This document shows positions 1 through 6,899 of a DNA stretch of 12,075 nucleotides, piece after piece (position 1 is the first letter of the stretch; the number at the start of each line of letters is the position of its first letter). A program made the position numbers and the translations under genes. The DNA comes from an uncultured bacterium. GTDB taxonomy: Bacteria; Lernaellota; Lernaellaia; Lernaellales; Lernaellaceae. Where the stretch lies: positions 1 to 12,075 of the forward strand of contig CAZHPN010000180.1 in the NCBI GenBank assembly GCA_964534375.1, given 5' to 3'. The notes below the pieces were generated by a model. It was not told the origin of the DNA. It was given only the letters and a program-made list of their open reading frames with translations, and ran no database searches.

Positions 1-147
1 AAATCAGCCGAACGGCGCTCGCGCAACAGCGCCCGCAAGAGTCTGCAAAATCGCACGGTCAAATCTCGTTTGCACAATTTGGAAAAAAAGTATGCCGAAC
101 TGCTCGGCGCGGGAAAAAAAGAGGATGCGGCGGCGACCTTCCGCGCG
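1..147 (+). CDS. rpsT: Fragment of 30S ribosomal protein S20 (about residues 5-53), truncated at a junction with the antisense HEAT-repeat gene
   Basis: Frame +1 from base 1 reads KSAERRSRNSARKSLQNRTVKSRLHNLEKKYAELLGAGKKEDAAATFRA, matching the S20 N-terminal pattern (KSA.KR...S.K....N....S...KK.......G.K..A...F). The expected C-terminal 'DKAA.KG.IH' half is absent. GC of bases 1-120 is 62/120 (~52%), lower than the adjacent gene. Confidence 0.8.
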
Positions 148-1055
148 TCTTCGCTCTTGCTGTCCTGGGTTGCGTCCTTCAGCGCCTGTTTCAACGCCGG
201 CACGCCTTCCTGCGCATCCATGTCGCCCAGCGCGTACGCCGCCGCCGCGCGGACGTCGCCGCTTTCATTCTTGTGCGGCATCACCCACACCGCCGTCTGC
301 ACCGCGCGGTCGCGCCCCTTGCCGCCCTGCGCGCCGATCTTCGCCAGCGCGATCAAAATGCGCTGCCGCGCGTACGACGGCCGAGCGTTGAACGTCTCGA
401 TCAGCGGCTCGACCGCCGGATCGCCGATCGCCGCCAACGCGGCCGTCGCCGCCGCCGACGTTTCCGGAGACAGATCGCACAGGCCGTATTCGATCAGCGG
501 CGCCACGACCCGCTTGTCCCCGACGGCGCCGAGCGCCCCGGCGGCCTCGGCGCGCACGCTGGACGACCGATCGCGGAGCAGATCGAGCAGCGTGGTCATC
601 GAACGCGGGTCGTTGATCAGGGCGAAGGCGGCGGCGGTCTGGCGCCGCACTTCTTTGTCCGGATCGTGCGCGGCTTTCTCGAGCGCCGCGAACGCGTCCT
701 GCCCGCCGATCTTGCCAAGCGCGTAGGCGGCGTAGCGCCGCACGACCGCGTTCTTGCTGTGGGTGGCCTTGACCAGCTCCGGCACGGCCGGCGCGCCGAT
801 CTTGATCAACGCCTGCAGGACGGCGGTCGCCAAGTACGGGTCGTCGCTGGTGAGCTTCTTGATCAGCGGCGGCACGGCCTCGACGCCGCCGCGGCCGCCG
901 AGGACCATCGCGGCGTGCAGCGCCGCGGGTTTGTCGGCGTCGAGCTGGCGGATCAGGCACGGGACGTCGTCCGGCGCGCATTCGGGCGGGATCGCGCGGG
1001 CCGCCAGGGGCGTCACCAAGCAGAAAACGATCGCCAAAAGGAGGAATTTTTTCAT
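3..1055 (-). CDS. Exported HEAT/PBS-lyase-like repeat protein; no stop codon in the window, HEAT-like sequence ends near 123-147
   Basis: My translation from ATG at 1055: MKKFLLLAIVFCLVTPLAARA (signal-peptide-like) then IPPECAPDDVPCLIRQL and repeated helical units such as VRRYAAYALGKIG, VRRQTAAAFALI, VRAEAAGALGAVGD, VRAAAAYALGDM, with AVPPLI/AVPELV/AVEPLI. The frame stays open to base 3, which is probably why it is missing from the ORF track. Confidence 0.88.
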   Translation of the reverse strand, partial: MKKFLLLAIVFCLVTPLAARAIPPECAPDDVPCLIRQLDADKPAALHAAMVLGGRGGVEAVPPLIKKLTSDDPYLATAVLQALIKIGAPAVPELVKATHSKNAVVRRYAAYALGKIGGQDAFAALEKAAHDPDKEVRRQTAAAFALINDPRSMTTLLDLLRDRSSSVRAEAAGALGAVGDKRVVAPLIEYGLCDLSPETSAAATAALAAIGDPAVEPLIETFNARPSYARQRILIALAKIGAQGGKGRDRAVQTAVWVMPHKNESGDVRAAAAYALGDMDAQEGVPALKQALKDATQDSKSEDARKVAAASSFFPAPSSSAYFFSKLCKRDLTVRFCRLLRALLRERRSAD

Positions 1056-1081
1056 CGTTCGCCATTTTTCCGGCCGCGGCC

Positions 1082-1103
1082 CCGGCCTTGCGGAAAAGGC
1101 CGG
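1082..1103. other. Intercistronic stem-loop between the HIT and HEAT genes
   Basis: CCGGCCTT-gcggaa-AAGGCCGG, an 8-bp perfect stem with no U-tract on the minus strand. Confidence 0.4.
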
Positions 1104-1113
1104 ACCGGGCCCG

Positions 1114-1458
1114 TTATTCGTTGAATTTCTTGCCGCCGATCAGGTGGAAGTGCATGTGAAACACGCGCTGTCCGCCCCAATCGTTGACGTTGTGGAACAC
1201 CTTGAAGCCTTGGGCCGCGATGCCGCGTTCCTTCGCGAGCTGCGCGGCGACCCGAAACACGTGCCCCACGAGGTCGAACTGGTTGTCGGGCAGATCCATC
1301 AGCGTCGGCACGTGCGCCGTCGGGACGATCAGAATATGCACCGGGGCCAGCGGGTTGATGTCGTTGATCGCAAAGACTTTGTCGTCCTCGTAGACCTTCT
1401 TCGCCGGAATCTCGCCCCGCGCGATCTTGCAAAAAATACAAGTTGGATCGTGGGTCAT
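1114..1458 (-). CDS. hinT: Histidine triad (HIT) nucleotide-binding protein, HINT branch
   Basis: N-terminal CIFCKIARGEIPA, DINPLAPVHILIVP, histidine triad HMHFHLIGG; GGAGGGAG RBS upstream. Confidence 0.95.
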   Translation of the reverse strand: MTHDPTCIFCKIARGEIPAKKVYEDDKVFAINDINPLAPVHILIVPTAHVPTLMDLPDNQFDLVGHVFRVAAQLAKERGIAAQGFKVFHNVNDWGGQRVFHMHFHLIGGKKFNE

Positions 1459-1488
1459 GCGCGCTCCCTCCCTTCGGCGCCAGGCCGT

Positions 1489-1517
1489 AAGATGGCCCAG
1501 TCAGGGGAAACGGTCAA
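1489..1517 (-). promoter_or_regulatory. Putative sigma70-type promoter for the HIT-HEAT genes
   Basis: TTGACC (1517-1512), 17-nt spacer, CATCTT (1494-1489), about 30 nt upstream of the HIT start. Confidence 0.55.
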
Positions 1518-1520
1518 GAG

Positions 1521-1590
1521 GAATGCGGAATGCCAAATGCCGAATGCGGAACGCCGGGCGCCTAATCCCGAGTCCCAAGTCCCGAATCCC
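1521..1590. repeat. Degenerate heptamer tandem array (10 units)
   Basis: GAATGCG GAATGCC AAATGCC GAATGCG GAACGCC GGGCGCC TAATCCC GAGTCCC AAGTCCC GAATCCC in exact 7-nt register. Confidence 0.9.
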
Positions 1591-1595
1591 GCGTT

Positions 1596-1629
1596 AAAAG
1601 GAAAGGGGCAAGCACCCACCGCCCGCCCC
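1596..1629 (-). terminator. Intrinsic terminator
   Basis: Minus strand GGGGCGGGC-GGUGGGU-GCUUGCCCC followed by UUUCCUUUU; 9-bp stem whose two G-U pairs form only on the minus strand. Confidence 0.7.
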
Positions 1630-1686
1630 AATTCGATTCCAGATTGGAAAACAACGAAATCCCTCAGCTAGGCACACCCTAATCCC
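1596..1686 (-). ncRNA. Candidate small RNA (~90 nt, three stem-loops), family unknown
   Basis: Lies between a promoter-like element (1722-1694) and a terminator (1629-1596). SL1 UUAGG/CCUAG (1682-1668); SL2 UUCCA/UGGAA with outer UUCG/CGAA (1658-1632); SL3 is the terminator. No convincing ORF. Confidence 0.5.
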
Positions 1687-1693
1687 GGCGCGA

Positions 1694-1722
1694 TGTTTAC
1701 CAGAGAATGGACGGTCTGGCAA
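1694..1722 (-). promoter_or_regulatory. Putative sigma70-type promoter driving the candidate sRNA
   Basis: TTGCCA (1722-1717), 17-nt spacer, TAAACA (1699-1694) with extended -10 TG, and a T-rich tract just upstream of -35. Confidence 0.55.
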
Positions 1723-1883
1723 GAAAAAAGAATGCCGAAACGAAACAAATCGCGGATCATCTCGTCGCCGTCGCGAACATCGGCGCCCAGATCGCCGCGC
1801 TTTCGTCGTCGTCGTCGGGGATGGGGGGGACTTCGCAGCTTTCCGAGCTTCTTGCCGCGTCACTGCTCGCGGTTCACCGCGCC

Positions 1884-2291
1884 CTACCCCACGTTGCGCT
1901 GCTCGGCCATTTTGCGGACGAACGAGACGATCGAATCGATCGTCGCGCCGGGTGTGAAGATCTCGGCGACGCCCTGGGCCTTCAGCACCGCGACATCCTG
2001 CTCGGGAATAATGCCGCCGCCGAAAATCACAATGTCGCCCGCGCCGCGTTCTTTGAGGAGGCGAATCACTTCCGGGAACAGATAGTTGTGCGCGCCGGAC
2101 AGGATCGACAAACCGATCGCGTCCACGTCTTCCTGCACCGCCGTGTTGACGATCATTTCCGGCGTCTGGTGCAAACCGGTGTAGATGACCTCGAAGCCGG
2201 CGTCGCGCAGCGCGCGCGCCACCACTTTCGCGCCGCGGTCGTGCCCGTCGAGGCCGGGCTTGCCGACCAAGATGCGGATTTTTCGGTTCAT
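1884..2291 (-). CDS. Cobalamin-binding small subunit of acyl-CoA mutase (IcmB / MCM C-terminal-domain type), 135 aa
   Basis: Likely start is ATG at 2291 ([39 protein letters not shown]) with GGAGGG RBS; DxHxxG base-off/His-on motif, [15 protein letters not shown]. The longer 588-aa call is an upstream shadow extension. Confidence 0.95.
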   Translation of the reverse strand: MNRKIRILVGKPGLDGHDRGAKVVARALRDAGFEVIYTGLHQTPEMIVNTAVQEDVDAIGLSILSGAHNYLFPEVIRLLKERGAGDIVIFGGGIIPEQDVAVLKAQGVAEIFTPGATIDSIVSFVRKMAEQRNVG

Positions 2292-2327
2292 GTGGCCCTC
2301 CAAGACTAACGAACGAGCGGCGCGAAT

Positions 2328-2381
2328 GTGGCGCAGGCGCCCTCGCCCGCGCTGAATCGCGCCTGGAAAGGCGCTCGTACA
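2328..2381. repeat. Pair of inward-facing REP-like hairpins
   Basis: GTG followed by GCGCAGGCG-ccct-CGCCCGCGC (2328-2352); on the opposite strand GTACGA followed by GCGCCT-ttcc-AGGCGC (2380-2359). Confidence 0.5.
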
Positions 2382-2383
2382 GA

Positions 2384-4021
2384 CTAAAAGTAGCCCGGGT
2401 CCGTATACTCGCCGAACACGAGCCGCAGACGGTTGATGATTTCGCCGACGCTCGCGTAAGCGCGCACGCCCTCGAGGATCGGCGGCATGAGGTTGCCCCC
2501 GGCCCGCGCCGTCGCTTCGAGCGTCGCCAACGCCTTGTCGACCGCGTCGTTGTCGCGGCGCGCGCGGACGGCCTTCAGGCTTTCGATCTGCTTTTGCTCG
2601 ACGACCTCGTCGATGTAGAGCAAATCGAGTTTGATCTCTTCCGGCGTCGCGTATTTGTTCATGCCGACCACGATCTTCTCGTGCGCGTCGACCTGCCGCT
2701 GATAATGATACGCCGCCTTGGCGATCTCCTGCTGCGGATAACCGCGGTCGATCGCCTTGAGCATCCCGCCCATTTCGTCGATCGTACGGATGTAGTCGAG
2801 CGCTTCCTTTTCCATGCGGTTGGTCAGCGCCTCGACAAAATACGAACCGGCCAGCGGGTCGATCGTGTTGGCGACGCCGGACTCTTCCGCGATGATCTGC
2901 TGCGTGCGCAGCGCCACCGTCACCGCCTGCTCGGTCGGCAGCGCCAGCGTCTCGTCCATGCTGTTGGTGTGCAGGCTTTGGGTGCCGCCCAGCACCGCCG
3001 CCAGCGCTTGAATCGTGGTGCGGACGATGTTGTTCGTCGGCTGCTGGGCGGTCAGGCTGCAGCCGGCCGTCTGCGTGTGGAACCGCAGCAGCCACGAGCG
3101 CGGGTCCTTCGCGCCGATTTCGTCTTTCATGAACCGCGCCCAGATGCGCCGCGCCGCGCGGTATTTGGCGATCTCTTCGAACAGATCGTTGTGTGCGTTG
3201 AAGAAGAACGACAACCGCGGGGCGAACTTGTCGACGTCGAGGCCGGCGGCGATCCCGGCGCGCACATAGGTCATGCCGTCGCCGAGCGTGAAGGCCAGTT
3301 CCTGCACCGCCGTGCTGCCGGCCTCGCGGATGTGATAGCCGCTGATGCTGATCGTGTTCCAGTTCGGCACGTTGTCGGCGGCGAACGCCAGAATATCGAC
3401 GATGATCTTCAGGCTCGGCTCGGGCGGAAAGACCCACGTTTTCTGGGCGATGAATTCCTTCAGCATGTCGTTCTGGATCGTGCCGCCGATCTTCGCCCAC
3501 GGCACGCCCTGCTTTTCCGCGACCGCCAAGTACATCGCCCACAGCACCGCCGCCGGCGGATTGATCGTCATGCTGGTCGTGATCTTGTCGAGCGGAATGC
3601 CGTCGAACAGCCGCTCCATGTCGGCCAGCGTGTCGATGGCGACGCCGCACTTGCCGACCTCGCCGCGGGCGCGGGGGTCGTCGGAATCGCGGCCGTAGAG
3701 CGTCGGGAAATCGAAGGCGACCGAGAGGCCCGTCGTGCCGTTGGCCAGGAGGAACTTATAGCGTTGGTTGGTGTCGTCCGCGGAGCCGAAACCGGCGAAC
3801 TGGCGCATCGTCCAGGTGCGGCCGCGGTACATCGTCGCCTGCACGCCGCGGGTGAAGGGATATTCGCCCGGATAGCCCAAATCACGGTCGGGGTCGAACG
3901 CGGGAAGATCGTCGGCCGTATAGAGCGGTTCGATCGGGGCGTCGGAGACGGTGGTGAAGCGACGTTCGAGTTTCCGGCTGCGTGCGAATTGCTCCCGCCA
4001 TTTATCCTTGTCGGTCACCAC
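2384..4021 (-). CDS. B12-dependent acyl-CoA mutase large (substrate-binding) subunit, isobutyryl-CoA mutase (IcmA)-like
   Basis: MCM-family motifs [67 protein letters not shown]; no C-terminal B12 domain. Start is GTG at 4021 or 4018 (the latter gives a GTGA overlap with the upstream stop). Confidence 0.93.
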   Translation of the reverse strand: MVTDKDKWREQFARSRKLERRFTTVSDAPIEPLYTADDLPAFDPDRDLGYPGEYPFTRGVQATMYRGRTWTMRQFAGFGSADDTNQRYKFLLANGTTGLSVAFDFPTLYGRDSDDPRARGEVGKCGVAIDTLADMERLFDGIPLDKITTSMTINPPAAVLWAMYLAVAEKQGVPWAKIGGTIQNDMLKEFIAQKTWVFPPEPSLKIIVDILAFAADNVPNWNTISISGYHIREAGSTAVQELAFTLGDGMTYVRAGIAAGLDVDKFAPRLSFFFNAHNDLFEEIAKYRAARRIWARFMKDEIGAKDPRSWLLRFHTQTAGCSLTAQQPTNNIVRTTIQALAAVLGGTQSLHTNSMDETLALPTEQAVTVALRTQQIIAEESGVANTIDPLAGSYFVEALTNRMEKEALDYIRTIDEMGGMLKAIDRGYPQQEIAKAAYHYQRQVDAHEKIVVGMNKYATPEEIKLDLLYIDEVVEQKQIESLKAVRARRDNDAVDKALATLEATARAGGNLMPPILEGVRAYASVGEIINRLRLVFGEYTDPGYF

Positions 4022-5337
4022 GGCTTCTTCCCGTTGAACGCGTAGTACATGCGTTCGAAGTTGATGTTGAACGAGCTGACGAAGAAATCGTAGCTGCTCT
4101 TGTAACGGCCGCGGCCGTCGTCCAACGGGCTGTTGGAGTTCGTGACCGGCGGCACGTCGACATCCGCTTGGAACACGTGGGCGTAGGACAGGTCGAGATC
4201 GACGCCGAAATAACGCACGGTGAAGCCGCCGCTGGCGATGTGCCGCGGCGTTTCGAGGCCGCCGATGGATTGCGGGGTCGCCGAGTCTTCATGCTGGTAG
4301 CCGGCCGACACCTTCCAGTGCTCGTCGATCTTGACCGTCGTGCCCAGGCGGTGGTTCCAGGTGTTGCGCCATTCGAGCGGATACTTGAAATTCTTGATCA
4401 CGTTTTGCTTCTGCAGATGCACATCGTAATACGGCAACACCGTCCACGGGAAATAACACGCGTCGTATTCGATGTCGAACAAATCCCCGAACATAAACCG
4501 GCCGCCGCCGCGGTAGAGCGGCGGGAAATGCAACGGCATGGAAAGTTTGTCTTTGTACACGTCGTTGCTCAGGCCGAGGATCGCCCCGTACAACGGCGGC
4601 ATGGTCGCCGTCAGACTGCCCGTGACCGTGACGTTGAACACCGGCAGGTAGGAGAAGCCGACTTCGAACCAGTGCGGCACGGGCGTGATGACCACGCCGG
4701 CGGCCCAACTCGGCACGTAGCTGGTGTTCGCGTCCAGACGCGCCACCGTGTCGAACGCCGGCGTGCGGTCTTTCAACACGGTGAAGCCGTAGTAGTTCTC
4801 CAGGCCCAGATTGACCAGGCAGGCATCCAACCCGATGCGCAGATAATCGATCGGTTTCCAACCCACGCCGAGCGATTGATAAACCTCGGTGGCGTTGGTC
4901 TCGATCACGTTGTACCGCTGCGGACCGGTCGACGGCCAGCGGTTGGTGACGCCGTAGGGGCCGTAGGCGCCGTAGGCGAACGTCCACCCCTTCAGGCCGA
5001 AGTTGCTGGAGATCGCGGCGAACTGCACCGGGTCGAACGGGTTCATGTTGTGCACCGACGGCAAGTAGGGCTCGCGGCGGTAGTAGGTGTGGAACTCGGC
5101 CCAGGCAACATCCATGTAAACGTTGGTGCCCTCGAGTTGGGCCAGGTTGGCGGGGTTGATGTACAACGCGGTCAGATCGTCGCCGCCGACCACCGTCGCG
5201 CCGCCGCGCCCCATGGCCCGCGCGCCGACCTCCGGAATGAAAAAGCCGCTCGCGAAAACCGGAGCGGCGGACAGGAAAACGGCGGCGACCATCGCCAGAA
5301 CAAGCGCACTACGAGCGGGAATCTCGCGATTCGTCAT
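4015..5337 (-). CDS. Outer-membrane long-chain fatty acid/hydrophobic compound channel, OMPP1/FadL/TodX family
   Basis: Signal peptide ending APVFA, then [18 protein letters not shown]...[16 protein letters not shown] (FadL hatch with NPA motif), YGPYG and many amphipathic aromatic-rich beta-strands. Confidence 0.88.
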   Translation of the reverse strand: MTNREIPARSALVLAMVAAVFLSAAPVFASGFFIPEVGARAMGRGGATVVGGDDLTALYINPANLAQLEGTNVYMDVAWAEFHTYYRREPYLPSVHNMNPFDPVQFAAISSNFGLKGWTFAYGAYGPYGVTNRWPSTGPQRYNVIETNATEVYQSLGVGWKPIDYLRIGLDACLVNLGLENYYGFTVLKDRTPAFDTVARLDANTSYVPSWAAGVVITPVPHWFEVGFSYLPVFNVTVTGSLTATMPPLYGAILGLSNDVYKDKLSMPLHFPPLYRGGGRFMFGDLFDIEYDACYFPWTVLPYYDVHLQKQNVIKNFKYPLEWRNTWNHRLGTTVKIDEHWKVSAGYQHEDSATPQSIGGLETPRHIASGGFTVRYFGVDLDLSYAHVFQADVDVPPVTNSNSPLDDGRGRYKSSYDFFVSSFNINFERMYYAFNGKKPW

Positions 5338-5459
5338 CGAATCCCCTGCGGCAGGAATGCATATCTATGGATAAAAGACATTCGCGCCAAATACATCATT
5401 GCCGTTTGTTTGACTCGCCCCGGCGACCGTGCAGTCCGCTCGCCGGCGCAGAATGGTCT

Positions 5460-5488
5460 TTGTTAGCATTCCACGACCGAGGTGTCAA
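5460..5488 (-). promoter_or_regulatory. Putative promoter of the FadL-mutase operon
   Basis: TTGACA (5488-5483), 17-nt spacer, TAACAA (5465-5460) preceded by TG (extended -10). Confidence 0.6.
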
Positions 5489-5542
5489 ATGTCGGACGCG
5501 GAAAAAAGCGCGCCGGCCGTCGCCGCGGCCGCCCCAGCCGAT

Positions 5543-5571
5543 TGGACACCTTCGCCGCTTTTCCTTATAGT
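5543..5571 (+). promoter_or_regulatory. Putative promoter giving a leaderless or near-leaderless transcript of the 409-aa gene
   Basis: TGGACA (5543-5548), 17-nt spacer, TATAGT (5566-5571), 8 nt before ATG 5580; no Shine-Dalgarno sequence. Confidence 0.6.
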
Positions 5572-5579
5572 TCGTCGCC

Positions 5580-6809
5580 ATGAGCTTTCTCGACGAAGAA
5601 GCGCGCGCCGTCGCCGCCGCGCCGGTCTTGTTGGAACTGCTGGAGCAACCGGCGCGGTTCGCCGAATTGTTCGAAGCCTACCGCGTCAAGGACGGCTTGA
5701 TCGACGGCGCTTTTCTGGAACGCCTGCCGCTCGCGCGCGAGGTCTGGCGCCGCGCCGGCGAAGCCGACGCGGCCGCGGCGATCCTGGCGTTGCCGCCGGC
5801 GTTTCGCGAGGCGGTCTTTCACGGCCGGCGGCGCGACGGCGCCGCGGCGACGCTGGCCGCTTGCCTCGACGCGGCGAGCGACAAGGCGGTCAAGAAGCGC
5901 CTCAAGCGCCTGCTTTACGAACTCAAGAGCGCCGGCGTCGAACCGCCGTCAAAACCGAAGACGCCGTTTTTCCGCCGCCTGACCCTCGTCCCGGCCGAGA
6001 ATCTGCCGTGCTACGTCTCGCCCGCCGACAGCGTCAACGAACGGCTCATCATGTACCACGAGTCGCTCCGCGGCGGCGGCGCGCGCATTTTTCACGTGTA
6101 TGAGCGCGACGGCGTGCACGTCCTCGAATTTGTCGATGAGGAAACCAGCCGGCGAAAGGCGCGGGAAGTCATCGCCGAGCGCCGTGTTTTCGACGAAAGC
6201 CCGCTGCTCGAGATCGCGCCCGATTTCGCGCGTTTTCTACTGGCGAAACTGCGGCGCCGCGCACAGGCCGCGGGCCGCTCGTTTCCCGCAGGCTTCACCA
6301 CCGCCATGACGCGCGTGAATCTGGCGGACGCGCCGGAGAAGCACCCCTATCACGATGTGGTCGACGCCCAGGCCGTGCTCGCGCGCCTGAGCGATCTGGA
6401 CGCCAGCGTCGAGTTGTTTCGCGAGCCCGAATTCATGGCGTGGGCCGTCGACGACGAAACGTTCCAGTCGTTCCGCTTGTCGCTGGACGATATGGAAACC
6501 AGCGGCTTGCTCGTCGACGATAAACAGCGGGATGAGCAGATCATTGTCCGCGTCAATCGGGCCGTCGACCGCTTTTTCACGCCGGCGCGGCGCGAGGCCT
6601 ACGCCGACCGGTTGCGCGACCACGCCTATCTCTTCGCGCTGCGCGGCGCCGCCGTCGCCGCGGAAACCTGTGCGGCGCTCGCCATGCGGCTGGACAATCC
6701 GCTCGGTTCGCTCGGCTCCGTGTCTTTTTTCAACACCATGTTGGTGCGCCGCTTCCCGCCGCCCAAAGACGAGCCGAAACCGGAATCGCCCGGCGGGCTG
6801 ATTCTCTAG
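5580..6809 (+). CDS. Hypothetical protein (409 aa, mainly helical, cytoplasmic-looking)
   Basis: Long ORF with GC-rich third positions and natural amino-acid composition; promoter immediately upstream; no motif I recognise with confidence. Confidence 0.85.
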   Translation: MSFLDEEARAVAAAPVLLELLEQPARFAELFEAYRVKDGLIDGAFLERLPLAREVWRRAGEADAAAAILALPPAFREAVFHGRRRDGAAATLAACLDAASDKAVKKRLKRLLYELKSAGVEPPSKPKTPFFRRLTLVPAENLPCYVSPADSVNERLIMYHESLRGGGARIFHVYERDGVHVLEFVDEETSRRKAREVIAERRVFDESPLLEIAPDFARFLLAKLRRRAQAAGRSFPAGFTTAMTRVNLADAPEKHPYHDVVDAQAVLARLSDLDASVELFREPEFMAWAVDDETFQSFRLSLDDMETSGLLVDDKQRDEQIIVRVNRAVDRFFTPARREAYADRLRDHAYLFALRGAAVAAETCAALAMRLDNPLGSLGSVSFFNTMLVRRFPPPKDEPKPESPGGLIL

Positions 6810-6899
6810 GGGCGCCGGCCTCGCGAGGGGGCAGCCGCCTAAGCGCTACGTTAAACTACGCTGCCTTACGAAACGGTTCGAATTGCCTTGTATTTTTCG

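Noticed and set aside
70..1124. ORF-track calls 70..726 (+), 92..391 (+), 273..1124 (+) and 265..1065 (-)
   Set aside because: They are shadow frames of the HEAT gene; only the first ~26 codons of 70..726 are real S20 sequence.
1803..1830. Short CGT/GTC trinucleotide run and G7 tract as phase-variation sites
   Set aside because: Short, intergenic and not within a promoter spacer or a credible ORF; expected by chance at this GC content.
1594..1863. 89-aa minus-strand ORF between the small mutase subunit and hinT
   Set aside because: Low-complexity Arg/Ser/Thr composition, no clear RBS, and it runs through promoter- and terminator-like sequence.
2292..3650. N-terminal ~450 codons of the 588-aa ORF, suggesting a fused or frameshifted single-chain mutase
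   Set aside because: Arg-rich alternative frame overlapping the large subunit, which has its own stop at 2384; the small subunit has its own RBS and ATG at 2291.
5338..5460. Cobalamin riboswitch or fatty-acid regulator operator in the FadL-mutase leader
   Set aside because: The leader is only ~120 nt, I see no B12-box-like motif, and only a TGACT half-site without a matching palindrome.
2594..5466. Long plus-strand ORFs 2594..4045 and 3982..5466
   Set aside because: Antisense shadows of the mutase and FadL genes, typical of high-GC DNA.
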